This document shows positions 42,071 through 51,319 of a stretch of 64,000 nucleotides of DNA, in pieces (positions within the stretch are counted from its first letter, which is position 1; every line of letters starts with the position of its first letter). The notes beneath the pieces were generated by a model. It searched no databases and was not told the DNA's origin. It saw only the letters and a program-made list of their open reading frames with translations. The stretch is from a virus. Lineage: Duplodnaviria; Caudoviricetes. Location: positions 3,946 to 67,945 of IMG/VR virus record IMGVR_UViG_3300048576_000125. One strand, written 5' to 3'. A program made the translations under genes and the position numbers.

Positions 42071-42588
42071 TGGGCCGTCCCTCGAAGCTGGACGAAAGGC
42101 AGCGGGCAGAGATTCTGCGGAGACTCGCGCTAGGGGGTGGCGGGAACAGCGTGACCGAGCTGGCTGCGGAGTTCCGGGTGGGCAAGGCCACCATTTCGAG
42201 GCTGTTTTCAAAACGGACCGAAACCGTTCAAACCCTCGCCAATACTCTGGCTACAACCGAGAAGGCCATCGAATCGCTCCCGGTTTCGGAACAGGTTTCG
42301 ATTCGCACCCTGGCGGACCAGCTCAAGGGGATCCAGAACAGCGTGGCCAACGTCGCCGCGGCTGGGGCCAGGACAGCGGACCGGCTGCACCAGCTTGCGG
42401 AGGGCAAGGTCAAGCACCTGGGGGACCTGAGCACCAGTGAGGATCTGAAGCCCATCGCTGCCCTGGTGGCGACGGCGAACGAGGCGATCAAGCCGGCGCT
42501 GACCCTGGTGCAAGCCAACAAGGGCAAGGGTTCGGACGCTGCCGCAACCCTCGAGGACTTGGTGACGGGGAGGGCGTCTGGTGAGTGA
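42070..42588 (+). CDS. terS: Terminase small subunit, 172 aa
   Basis: MGRPSKL start, HTH; overlaps terL. Confidence 0.75.
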   Translation: MGRPSKLDERQRAEILRRLALGGGGNSVTELAAEFRVGKATISRLFSKRTETVQTLANTLATTEKAIESLPVSEQVSIRTLADQLKGIQNSVANVAAAGARTADRLHQLAEGKVKHLGDLSTSEDLKPIAALVATANEAIKPALTLVQANKGKGSDAAATLEDLVTGRASGE

Positions 42589-44026
42589 AGCCGCGGCCAA
42601 GATCCGGGAGTGGCGCGAGAACCCCGTGAAGTTCGCGCGGGAGGTGTTCAGCTTCGAGCCTGACGCCTGGCAGCTGGACGTGTTGGCGGAGGCTGGGAAG
42701 CCCGGGCGCAAGCGCATCGCCATGAAGGCCTGCGCGGGCCCGGGGAAGACGGCCGTGCTGGCCATCCTGGGATGGCACCGCCTCGCCTGCTACGCGGGGA
42801 AAGGGGAACACCCCAAGGGCGCCGCCGTGAGCATCACCAAGGACAACCTGGACACCAACCTTTGGCCCGAGCTGGCGAAGTGGCAGGGGCGCAGTCCGTT
42901 CCTGCAGAGGGCCTTCACCTGGACCAAGACCCGCATCTTCGCCAACGATCACCCGGAGACGTGGTTCCTGGCCGCCCGGGGCTACCCGAAGAGCGCGGAC
43001 CCGGAGACCATCGGGCGAACCTTGAGTGGCCTACACTCAGAGTTCCCGTTCTACTTGATCGATGAGTCCGGTGACATACCGCCCGCCATGCTGCGGAGCG
43101 CAGAGCAGGGCCTCACCTCCTGCGTGGACGGCCTCGTCATCACGGCCGGGAACACGACCAGCCACGACGGGCTGCTGTATTACGCCTGCACCCATGTTCG
43201 GGAGCAGTGGTTCGTGGTCTCCATCACGGCGGACCCGGACGATCCGAAGCGCACCCCGCGCGTGGACGCGGACTGGGCCCGCCAGCAGATCGAGACCTAC
43301 GGACGGGACAACCCTTGGGTGATGGCGTTCATCCTGGGGCAGTTCCCCCCGGGCTCCATCAATGCGCTGTTGAGCGTGGAGGAGGTGGAGGCGGCCATGG
43401 GGCGGCACCTGAAGCCGGACGCCTACGAGTGGAGCCAGCGGCGTCTGGGCGTGGACGTGGCGCGGTTCGGCGATGACCGCACGGTGCTGTTCCCGCGCCA
43501 GGGCCTGGCCGCCCATAAGCCTGTGGTCCTGCGCCACCAGCGGACAACCGAGATCGCGGCCCGTGTGGCCGTGGCGTACCAGCGGTGGAGCCCTGAGGTG
43601 GTGACGGTGGACGACACGGGCCACTGGGGGCACGGGGTGATCGACAACCTGCTCTCCGCCGGGCTCAACCCCATCGGCATCCAGTTCCACGGGCCGGCCA
43701 TCGACCCGCGATACCGCAACCGCCGGGCGGAGATGTGGTTCGGGCTGGCGGACTGGATCCGCCGGGGCGGGGCGCTGCCCAACCTCCCGGAGCTGGTGGG
43801 CGAGCTCACCGTGCCCACCTACAGCTTCGTGAACGGCAGGATCATGCTGGAGGACAAGGACCAGATCAAGAAGCGCCTGGGGCGGTCCCCGGACCTTGCG
43901 GACGCTCTGGCCTTGACGTTCGCCCTGCCGGACCAGCCCGCGGCTATCCCGGCCCTGCACCCGTCCTTGGCCCAGCCCCGCACCTCCAGCCTCGACTACA
44001 ACCCCTACGACCCGGGGAGGATGTGA
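42581..44026 (+). CDS. terL: Terminase large subunit, 481 aa
   Basis: ACAGPGKT Walker A, LIDES Walker B, GVDVARFGDD, SPDLADALAL nuclease motifs. Confidence 0.95.
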   Translation: MSEAAAKIREWRENPVKFAREVFSFEPDAWQLDVLAEAGKPGRKRIAMKACAGPGKTAVLAILGWHRLACYAGKGEHPKGAAVSITKDNLDTNLWPELAKWQGRSPFLQRAFTWTKTRIFANDHPETWFLAARGYPKSADPETIGRTLSGLHSEFPFYLIDESGDIPPAMLRSAEQGLTSCVDGLVITAGNTTSHDGLLYYACTHVREQWFVVSITADPDDPKRTPRVDADWARQQIETYGRDNPWVMAFILGQFPPGSINALLSVEEVEAAMGRHLKPDAYEWSQRRLGVDVARFGDDRTVLFPRQGLAAHKPVVLRHQRTTEIAARVAVAYQRWSPEVVTVDDTGHWGHGVIDNLLSAGLNPIGIQFHGPAIDPRYRNRRAEMWFGLADWIRRGGALPNLPELVGELTVPTYSFVNGRIMLEDKDQIKKRLGRSPDLADALALTFALPDQPAAIPALHPSLAQPRTSSLDYNPYDPGRM

Positions 44027-44027
44027 G

Positions 44028-44303
44028 ATGGCCCGCGGAGCCCTGGTCATCTTGGCCCGGCACCTCCGCCTCGACCTGGAGGTGGCCGAGCAGGCCCAGA
44101 GTGCAGCGCGCCACCTGGCGGCCCTCGAGGCCTCCGGGCTGGTGGAGCCGGAGCGCCTGCGCCAGATCGACGAGGACGCACGGGCGTACGACCTGCTGGC
44201 CCGGCTGGGTGCGACCCTGGCGGCCCAGCGCCTCGGCTTGGCCAGGGGAACGCTCTACCGCGCGGCGGAACGGCACAGACTGAGGCTCAAGGGCGCGGCA
44301 TGA
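44028..44303 (+). CDS. Small protein with C-terminal Fis-like HTH, 91 aa
   Basis: AAQRLGLARGTLYR. Confidence 0.6.
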   Translation: MARGALVILARHLRLDLEVAEQAQSAARHLAALEASGLVEPERLRQIDEDARAYDLLARLGATLAAQRLGLARGTLYRAAERHRLRLKGAA

Positions 44304-44349
44304 AAATAGTCTCAGGCTGGCGAGACGCTCCGGCCCGCAGCCTGGGGGC

Positions 44350-44781
44350 ATGGAACTGACCCCGCACTTCCGCCTTGAGGAGCTGACCCGAACCGATACG
44401 GGCCTGCCCAACGTGCCGAGCGCTGCGGAGCGTGACAACCTCGCCCGGCTGGCGGAGACGCTACTGGAGCCCCTGCGCTCCCTGGCCGGGTGCCCTCTGC
44501 GGATCAACTCCGGCTACCGCTCCGCCGCGGTCAACGCCAAGGTGGGCGGCGTCCCGACCTCGGCTCACCGTGACGGGCGCGCCGCTGATCTGAAGCCCAT
44601 GGAAGGCACCTGCGGGGCCCTGTTCGAGCTGGCACGCCATTCCGACCTGCCTTTCGATCAGCTCATCCTTGAGCCCACGTGGCTCCACGTCGCCATTGCC
44701 CGCCCCGGTGCGACGCCCAGGCGTCAGGCGCTCATCGCGCACCGTGAGGGCGGACGCATGCGCTACCAGGAGGTGGCGTGA
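44350..44781 (+). CDS. Peptidase M15 endolysin, 143 aa
   Basis: INSGYRS..SAH-x2-GRAAD..WLHV Zn ligands. Confidence 0.9.
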   Translation: MELTPHFRLEELTRTDTGLPNVPSAAERDNLARLAETLLEPLRSLAGCPLRINSGYRSAAVNAKVGGVPTSAHRDGRAADLKPMEGTCGALFELARHSDLPFDQLILEPTWLHVAIARPGATPRRQALIAHREGGRMRYQEVA

Positions 44782-45059
44782 TGGCCGCCAAGATCCTTTC
44801 CACCTTCCACGACTGGCGCGACCAGTTCTCCTGGGGCCGCGTGTGCGCTGCGGTGGCCCTGGTGGTGGCCGTGTGGCGCGAGTTCACAGGCGCGGACCTC
44901 GCCCACGTCGGCCTCTGGTTGGGCGTGGCCCTCGGCAACTACGGCGTGTCCAAGCTGGTGGAGGCCCGATGCTCCAAATCCCCGAACCCTGGACCGTCTG
45001 CCCCCGCTGCGGAGGCGAGTGCAAGGTCCACGACCACGCCCTCTCTGGAGGCGCTGTGA
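44778..45059 (+). CDS. Holin-like protein, 93 aa
   Basis: Two TM helices; coupled to the endolysin. Confidence 0.6.
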   Translation: MMAAKILSTFHDWRDQFSWGRVCAAVALVVAVWREFTGADLAHVGLWLGVALGNYGVSKLVEARCSKSPNPGPSAPAAEASARSTTTPSLEAL

Positions 45060-45145
45060 TGCGCGTCGTGATGCAGTGCTCGCGCTGCGGGCAGCAGCAG
45101 GCGCACATTGATCGCGAGCTGCGGACGCTGGAGGCAGCGCCGTGA
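44969..45145 (+). CDS. Small zinc-ribbon protein, 58 aa
   Basis: GGAGG RBS; CPRC..CSRC; overlaps the holin tail. Confidence 0.5.
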   Translation: MLQIPEPWTVCPRCGGECKVHDHALSGGAVMRVVMQCSRCGQQQAHIDRELRTLEAAP

Positions 45146-45741
45146 ACCTCCTGCCCACGCTCCCCACGGGCGCAATCAGCACCCGCCGCCTGATCCTGGC
45201 GACCGTCGCCGTTTCGGCGCTGGTGCTGGGGCTGATGGGCTGGAGCTGCGCGGCGGAGCGGAGCACCCAGAAGCACACCGCTAAGGCCGATGTCCACGAG
45301 ACCGCCCGCGTCGCGGCGGCTGCACAGGGGACCGTCTATGACCAGACTGCCGAGGCCCAGGCTGAAGCGAACAAGGCCCGCGCCGCAGAGGTTGCGAGGC
45401 TCAAGGCCGAATTGGCACGGCTACGTGCAGCGGCACGCCCGTCTGAGCCCGTCGGGATGCCTGCACCTGCACTGGATCTCTCTGCTCTGGTAGAAGCCCA
45501 GAGCGCACTCCTCCAAGCCCAGGATCACGAGATAAGCGGCCTGCGCGCCGAACTGGGAACAGTGAAACAGGCTCGTGACGCTTGGAAACGGAGCGCGGAA
45601 GAAGGCGGGCGCGAGGCCTTGCAGCTTCGCGCCGCGCTGGCTGCGCGGGAAGGATCGCTCCGGGCGGAGCGCTGGAAGGGACGCATCGAGGGGCTGGCTG
45701 TCGGCTTCGCCCTCGGCTACGGGACGGGGAGGCTGCAGTGA
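45142..45741 (+). CDS. Spanin-like protein, 199 aa
   Basis: N-terminal TM, long coiled coil, C-terminal hydrophobic segment, in the lysis block. Confidence 0.55.
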   Translation: MNLLPTLPTGAISTRRLILATVAVSALVLGLMGWSCAAERSTQKHTAKADVHETARVAAAAQGTVYDQTAEAQAEANKARAAEVARLKAELARLRAAARPSEPVGMPAPALDLSALVEAQSALLQAQDHEISGLRAELGTVKQARDAWKRSAEEGGREALQLRAALAAREGSLRAERWKGRIEGLAVGFALGYGTGRLQ

Positions 45742-45956
45742 GCGAGTTCTTCAAGACCTTCGGGCCCTGGGGCGTCGTGCTCTTGGCTATGGCTGTCATG
45801 CTTAAATACTTGGTCACGGACAAGCTGAAGACCATCCTGGCCAAGCTCGCCAAGGTGGACGAACACGAAGTCAAGCTGGAGCGCATCAGCACCGCCATGG
45901 AAATGCACGGCTGCTTGACCAGCACGCCGCGGTGCATGGCGACCCGCGAAAAATAG
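45738..45956 (+). CDS. TM plus coiled-coil holin-like protein, 72 aa
   Basis: GTGA overlap; single TM. Confidence 0.5.
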   Translation: MSEFFKTFGPWGVVLLAMAVMLKYLVTDKLKTILAKLAKVDEHEVKLERISTAMEMHGCLTSTPRCMATREK

Positions 45957-46007
45957 TCTCACTCGAGCGAGACACCCACGGCACCAGCCTGTTGTCGAGG
46001 GTGGACC

Positions 46008-46196
46008 ATGTGCTTCTCGGCGAAGGCTCCCAAGATTCCTGCTGCGCCTGCTGCGGCCACGGCTGAGGACCCTGCCATCCAGGCCGCCCGGGACCGTGAG
46101 CGCAAGCGGCAGGCTGCGGCGAAGGGCAACACGCTGCTGACGCCTCCGACCCTGGCCACTGCCACCACGTCCACCAAGACGCTCCTGGGGTCCTGA
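46008..46196 (+). CDS. Small virion-associated protein preceding the portal, 62 aa
   Basis: MC start, Pro/Ala-rich, KTLLG end; position typical of T7-like podoviruses. Confidence 0.65.
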   Translation: MCFSAKAPKIPAAPAAATAEDPAIQAARDRERKRQAAAKGNTLLTPPTLATATTSTKTLLGS

Positions 46197-47866
46197 TGGC
46201 TGATTCCCTGCGCCAGCGCCTCGACAGCACCCACTTCGCCCTCAAGAAGGAGCGTTCGTCGTTTCTGCCGCACTGGCGGGACCTCTCCGACTTCCTGAAG
46301 CCCCGCGCCTCCCGCTTCCTGGTGACGGACCGGAACCAGGGGAACAAGCGCAACCCCAAGATCATCGACAGCACCGCGACGCTGGCGCTGCGCACGCTGG
46401 CATCCGGCATGATGTCCGGCATCACGTCCCCGGCCCGGCCCTGGTTTGGCCTGCGCACGCCGGACCCCGAGCTGAACGCGTGGCACCCGGCCAAGGTGTG
46501 GCTGGATGAGCACCGCGCCCGCATGGCGGAAATCTTCTTGAAGTCGAACCTCTACACGACCCTGCCGGGCTGCTACTCGGACCTGGGCGCCTTCGGGACG
46601 CACGCTTTCTCCCTGCTGGAGGACGACGAGACCGTCATCCGTTCCGCGGCCATGCCCATCGGCTCCTACGTCCTGGGCACGGACCACCGCGGGCGCACGA
46701 ACCAGTGCTTCCGCGAGTTCTCCATGACAGCTCACCAGCTGGTGGAGAAGTTCGGGAAGGAGGCCTGCAGCGTCACGGTGCAGAACCTCGCGGACCGCAA
46801 CCCCAACGCATGGATCGACGTGATCCACGCCGTGGGGCCCAACCCCGAGTTCGACCCTGCCAAGTCCAGCAGCAAGTTCAAGCGCTTCGAGTCCGTCTAC
46901 TACGAGGCCGGCGGAGACAAAGACAAGGTGCTGGCGCAGGCTGGCTACGACGAGTTCCCCGTCCTGGCGCCCCGCTGGGAGGTCACGGGCGAGGACTTCT
47001 ACGGCTCCAACTGCCCCGGCATGGAGGCGCTGGGCGACGTGATGGCCCTGCAGGTCGAGCGCAGGCGGCACGGCCAGTTCATCGACAAGGGCCTGACACC
47101 CCCGATGGGCGCGCCCTCCAGCTTGCAGAACCGGCGCGTGGGCCTGCTCGGCGGGGACATCACCTTCTACGACCAGATCCAGGGCCAGCCTGGCGTGGCC
47201 CCGCTCTACCAGGTCAACCCAGCGATGCTCAACCCGCTCCTGCAGGACATGAGCGAGATTCAGCAGCGCATCCGGCGGACCTTCTACGAAGACCTGTTCC
47301 TGCTCATCAGCAACGACACGCGCAGCAACGTCACCGCGCGCGAGATTGCCGAGCGGCACGAGGAAAAGCTCCTGATGCTCGGGCCCGTGCTCGAGCGCCT
47401 GAACGATGAACTCCTGGATCCGCTGATCGCCCGCACCTGGTCGATCATGCAGCGCCGCGGCATGGTCAAGAACCCGCCCAAGGAGATCCTGCAGGCCGGG
47501 CTCTCCGTCGAGTACGTCTCCGTCATGGCCCAGGCCCAGAAGATGACCGCGATCATGGCCATCCAGGAGACCGTCCAGTTCGCCGGCATGGTCGGCACTC
47601 TGGACCCGCGGGCCCTCAAGAAGGTGAACGGGCTGGAGGCCCTGAACGCCTTCTCGGACGCCATTGGTGCGCCGCCTAAGCTGCTGAAGCCTGACGAGCA
47701 AGTAGCGGCAGAGGCCGCCGCCGAGCAGCAGGCCCAGCAGAATGCCCAGGCACTCGCTGCGGCCCAGCAGGCGGCCGAGACCGGCAAGACCCTGGCGGAC
47801 ACCCAGGTGACGGACCCGAGCGCGCTCTCTGAACTGGCCACGGCCCTGCGTGGAGGCTACGCATGA
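46196..47866 (+). CDS. Portal / head-to-tail connector, 556 aa
   Basis: SGMMSGITSPARPWF, TAREIAERHEEKLLMLGPVLERL motifs of Bbp21/T7 gp8-type connectors. Confidence 0.95.
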   Translation: MADSLRQRLDSTHFALKKERSSFLPHWRDLSDFLKPRASRFLVTDRNQGNKRNPKIIDSTATLALRTLASGMMSGITSPARPWFGLRTPDPELNAWHPAKVWLDEHRARMAEIFLKSNLYTTLPGCYSDLGAFGTHAFSLLEDDETVIRSAAMPIGSYVLGTDHRGRTNQCFREFSMTAHQLVEKFGKEACSVTVQNLADRNPNAWIDVIHAVGPNPEFDPAKSSSKFKRFESVYYEAGGDKDKVLAQAGYDEFPVLAPRWEVTGEDFYGSNCPGMEALGDVMALQVERRRHGQFIDKGLTPPMGAPSSLQNRRVGLLGGDITFYDQIQGQPGVAPLYQVNPAMLNPLLQDMSEIQQRIRRTFYEDLFLLISNDTRSNVTAREIAERHEEKLLMLGPVLERLNDELLDPLIARTWSIMQRRGMVKNPPKEILQAGLSVEYVSVMAQAQKMTAIMAIQETVQFAGMVGTLDPRALKKVNGLEALNAFSDAIGAPPKLLKPDEQVAAEAAAEQQAQQNAQALAAAQQAAETGKTLADTQVTDPSALSELATALRGGYA

Positions 47867-48171
47867 GCAGCCGCAAGAAGGTGGACCTCGCCCGAAAGCA
47901 GGAGCTTCTGGACCTGGAGAACGTGGTCCGGTCCGAGGGTGGCCGCCGCTTCATCGCACGGATGCTGGAGCGCTTCGGCGTGAACCGGTGCAGCTTCACC
48001 GGGGACCCGCACGCCACGGCCTTCAACGAGGGGATGCGGAACGCTGGCTTGTTCCTGCTGGCGGAGCTGCAGGAGCCCCAGATCCAGCCCTACTACCTGC
48101 TCCTGCTGCAGGAGGCCCGCAAGGCGGAGCCGGAGAAGCAGGCCCCCAAGGAGGAAGAACAGGATGGCTGA
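47863..48171 (+). CDS. Bbp19-like head protein, 102 aa
   Basis: GGRRFIARML..TAFNEGMRNAGL. Confidence 0.8.
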   Translation: MSSRKKVDLARKQELLDLENVVRSEGGRRFIARMLERFGVNRCSFTGDPHATAFNEGMRNAGLFLLAELQEPQIQPYYLLLLQEARKAEPEKQAPKEEEQDG

Positions 48172-48826
48172 CGAGACCACGACCACCGAAACCGCCCAGA
48201 CCGACGGCGCCGCCGGAACGGGTGGAGAGGAGACCTCGCTCTTGGGCGGGGCCGCTGCTGCGAACCAGGAGCAGCAGGAGGGGAAGGCGAACGCGGAAGG
48301 GCAGGGCGAAGAGCAGACCGAGAAGGATGCGAAGCCCGGCGCGCCCGAGAAGTACGAGTTCAAGGCCCCCGATGGAATGGACCTGGACCCCGAGGCCGTG
48401 GCCGCATTCGAGCCCCTGGCCAGGAAACTGAACCTCACCCAGGAGGCGGCCCAGGAGCTCGTGGACGTCTACGCGAGCCGAATGTCTGCGCTCGGCTCTG
48501 CCCAGCAGGCCCAGGCGCTCCAGCAGCGCCAGGGGTGGGAGGAGTCCGTGCGTTCGGACAAGGAGCTGGGCGGCCACAACCTGGATGCCACCCTCGCCGC
48601 CGGAAAGCAGGCGTTGAACCAGTTCGGCACGCCCGAGCTGGTGAACCTGCTGAACCACACCGGCCTGGGCTCCAACCCCGAGTTCGTGCGCTTCTGCGCC
48701 AAGGTCGGCAAGGCCATGGCGGAGGATTCGTTCCACAGGGGCGGGAGCGGCGCTGACGCCGACGACAACAGCGCCGACGCGAGGGCCCGTCGTCTTCTAC
48801 CCAAGTCTTACCCCAACAAGGGATAA
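48164..48826 (+). CDS. Capsid scaffolding protein, 220 aa
   Basis: APEKYEF, LTQEAAQEL, GLGSNPE; between Bbp19-like gene and capsid. Confidence 0.8.
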   Translation: MADETTTTETAQTDGAAGTGGEETSLLGGAAAANQEQQEGKANAEGQGEEQTEKDAKPGAPEKYEFKAPDGMDLDPEAVAAFEPLARKLNLTQEAAQELVDVYASRMSALGSAQQAQALQQRQGWEESVRSDKELGGHNLDATLAAGKQALNQFGTPELVNLLNHTGLGSNPEFVRFCAKVGKAMAEDSFHRGGSGADADDNSADARARRLLPKSYPNKG

Positions 48827-48844
48827 CCCACATAAGGAGGTCCC

Positions 48845-49867
48845 ATGACCGCGCTTTCCAGCAACTACCCCACCCTGCTCGACCTGGCCAAGCGGCTGGG
48901 CCCGGACGGGAAGGTGATCCACGACATCGTGGAGATCCTCGACACCAACAACGACATCCTGGATGACCTCGCGTGGGCCGAGGGCAACCTCCCCACCGGC
49001 CACCTCGTCGGCATCCGCACTGGCATCCCCGAGCCGACGTTCGCCAAGCTCTACGGGTTCACCCCCACGTCCAAGAGCACCGTGGAGCAGGTCACCGAGT
49101 CCTGCGCCATGCTCAAGAACTACGCGGTGGTGGACGCGGACCTCGCCAAGATCAACGGCTACGCCCCCGACTGGATGCTGTCCGAGCAGAAGCCCTTTAT
49201 CGAGGGCTTCAACCGCAAGCTGTCCCGGTCCCTCTTCTACGCCAACGAAGCTGTGGAGAGCGAGGCCTTTACCGGCCTGGCCCCCCGCTACAACAGCAAG
49301 GCCGCGGAGAACGGGTGCAACATCGTCCTGGAGAGCCCCACGACCTCCCCCGACAACGCCGACAACTGCTCGATCTGGCTGATGGTCTCCAGCCCCGAGA
49401 CGATCTTCGGCATCTACCCCAAGGGCTCCACGCTGGGGCTGACGATCAAGGACGACGGCGAGGTCGTGGAGACCAACGCTGCGGGTGAGAAGCGCCGAGT
49501 GCTCCAGACCTACTACAACTGGAACGTCGGCCTCTGCGTGAAGGACTGGCGCTACGCCGTCCGCATCCAGATCAACCAGGAGGACTTGACGCGGGACGCC
49601 AGCGCTGGCCCCAAGCTCCTGGACCTCATGGACGAGGCCATCGACCTCATCCCGAACATGAACGCCGGCCGGGCCGCCTTCTACTGCCCCCGCCGCGTTC
49701 GGTCTTTCTTCCGCTCCCAGGCGCGCAATTTCGCCAAGGGGACCATCACCGTGGACCAGCTCACGCGCCCCAACGGTGCGCGCATCAGCCTGCCCATGTA
49801 TGACGGCATCCCCATCCGTCTCTGCGACGCCCTCACCAACACCGAAGCCGGCATCAGCCTGACCTAA
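48845..49867 (+). CDS. Major capsid protein (Bbp17-like), 340 aa
   Basis: PTLLDLAKR..N-x-IL-x-D..EGNLPTGH..GIPIRLCDAL. Confidence 0.92.
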   Translation: MTALSSNYPTLLDLAKRLGPDGKVIHDIVEILDTNNDILDDLAWAEGNLPTGHLVGIRTGIPEPTFAKLYGFTPTSKSTVEQVTESCAMLKNYAVVDADLAKINGYAPDWMLSEQKPFIEGFNRKLSRSLFYANEAVESEAFTGLAPRYNSKAAENGCNIVLESPTTSPDNADNCSIWLMVSSPETIFGIYPKGSTLGLTIKDDGEVVETNAAGEKRRVLQTYYNWNVGLCVKDWRYAVRIQINQEDLTRDASAGPKLLDLMDEAIDLIPNMNAGRAAFYCPRRVRSFFRSQARNFAKGTITVDQLTRPNGARISLPMYDGIPIRLCDALTNTEAGISLT

Positions 49868-49876
49868 GGAGCCACC

Positions 49877-50365
49877 ATGATCATGGACACCCTTCTCGAA
49901 ATGTGCGACGACGCCGCGGCCAACACGGGCGCGGCCGGCACCTACCTTCTGGGCAACCAGATCCCCCTGAACGGCCCCACCGTGAGCCCCACGCTCCGCA
50001 ACATCGGCGCGGGAGAGCCCGTGTTCCTGGTGATCCAGGTTGGGTCCCAGGGCCTCGCCACGGCGGGCACTGCCGGCACGGTCCAGTTCAAGCTGGTGTC
50101 CGACGCCCAGGCGGCCATCGCCACCGATGGCTCGGCCACGGAACACGTGGCCACCAAGGCCTTCGCCACCGGCGCCGCAGCCATTCCGCCCGGCACGGTG
50201 CTCTTCTGCGGGGCCCTCCCCTCCGGGAGCTACGAGTCCTTCCTCGGCCTGCTGCAGCTCACCGGGACCACAGCTCTCAACGGGGGGAAGGTCAACGCCT
50301 TCCTGGTCAAGGATCCGACCCGGTGGCGCGCCCTCGCGGACGCCTACGCGGGCAGTGGGCTCTGA
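49877..50365 (+). CDS. Bbp16-like capsid cement protein, 162 aa
   Basis: MIMD start, RNIGAGEPVFLVIQV, GKVNAFL. Confidence 0.85.
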   Translation: MIMDTLLEMCDDAAANTGAAGTYLLGNQIPLNGPTVSPTLRNIGAGEPVFLVIQVGSQGLATAGTAGTVQFKLVSDAQAAIATDGSATEHVATKAFATGAAAIPPGTVLFCGALPSGSYESFLGLLQLTGTTALNGGKVNAFLVKDPTRWRALADAYAGSGL

Positions 50366-50373
50366 GGTGAAGC

Positions 50374-50649
50374 ATGGCTGAAGACACCAAACTGGTCCGA
50401 GCCACCAAGCGTGGATTCTACGGCGGAGCCCTGAGGGAGCCCGGCGTCGTGTTCCGTGTCCCTTCGAGCCTGACGGCGAAGTGGTTCGTGGACGCGAGCA
50501 CCCCCGCGGTGCCCAACGAGCCCGCCCCGGCGGCCGATGAGCCGATGACCCTGAGCGAGATGGGCAAGCGTGGGCGCAAGGGGCCGAAGGTCGGCCCCGC
50601 GGTGCCCAACGAGCCCGCCCCGGCGGAGGGCGAAGGCTCTGTGATCTGA
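50374..50649 (+). CDS. Small head-associated protein, 91 aa, with an internal 32-bp duplication
   Basis: RATKRGFYGG..GVVF; AVPNEPAPA twice (50502-50533, 50595-50626). Confidence 0.7.
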   Translation: MAEDTKLVRATKRGFYGGALREPGVVFRVPSSLTAKWFVDASTPAVPNEPAPAADEPMTLSEMGKRGRKGPKVGPAVPNEPAPAEGEGSVI

Positions 50650-50657
50650 ATCACCCC

Positions 50658-50677
50658 GCGGGGGCTTCGGCCCCCGC
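50658..50677 (+). terminator. UUCG-tetraloop hairpin after the head genes
   Basis: GCGGGGGC-TTCG-GCCCCCGC; lacks a U-tract. Confidence 0.45.
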
Positions 50678-50695
50678 ACCCATCTGGAGGGACGC

Positions 50696-51319
50696 ATGGA
50701 ACTGCTGGTTGACCTCTGCAATCTGGCGCTGATGCGGCTGGGCAACTCGGAGACCATCGACACCCTCGACGACGAGAAGACGACGGCCAAGCTCTGCAAG
50801 GCCCTCTACCGGCACGTCTGGGACTGTGTGCTACGGGTGCACCCCTGGGGCTTCGCCACCCGGCGCGCCGCGCTCGTGGCCGCCTCTGCGCCTGCACCCA
50901 CCAACTGGGCCTTCAGCTACGCGGTGCCGGTGGACTGTGCCTTCGCGCGGTCCATCGTGGTTCCTGGGCTCCGTGCCCCGCGGCTCTCCCAGGCCATCCC
51001 CTTCGAGGTGGGCCGGGACGCCGACGGCACGGTCTGCGTGTTCACGGACCAGGCCGATGCCGAGCTGGCCTACACGGCCAAGGTGGATCCGGCGTTCACC
51101 GCCCCAGAGGTGTTTGCCTGGGAGGACCCTCTCTTCAACAACGCCTTCGTGGCGCGGCTGGCCTGGGAACTGGCCCCCTCCCTCGGGAAGACCGGTGAGA
51201 TGGCGGAGCGGGCCCAGCGCGCCTACCTCGCTGCGCTGTCCGAGGCGCAGGCGCGGGACATGTCCGAGGGGCAGGGCGGAGAAGACCCCGAACCTGACTT
51301 CCTGGCGTGCCGCCGATGA
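50696..51319 (+). CDS. Tail tubular protein A (gp11-like), 207 aa
   Basis: CNLALMRLG..LRVHPWGFATRR..WAFSYAVP-x-DC. Confidence 0.88.
   Translation: MELLVDLCNLALMRLGNSETIDTLDDEKTTAKLCKALYRHVWDCVLRVHPWGFATRRAALVAASAPAPTNWAFSYAVPVDCAFARSIVVPGLRAPRLSQAIPFEVGRDADGTVCVFTDQADAELAYTAKVDPAFTAPEVFAWEDPLFNNAFVARLAWELAPSLGKTGEMAERAQRAYLAALSEAQARDMSEGQGGEDPEPDFLACRR

Noticed and set aside
50502-50626. 32-bp direct repeat as a regulatory element
   Set aside because: In-frame duplication of a Pro/Ala linker within a small head gene
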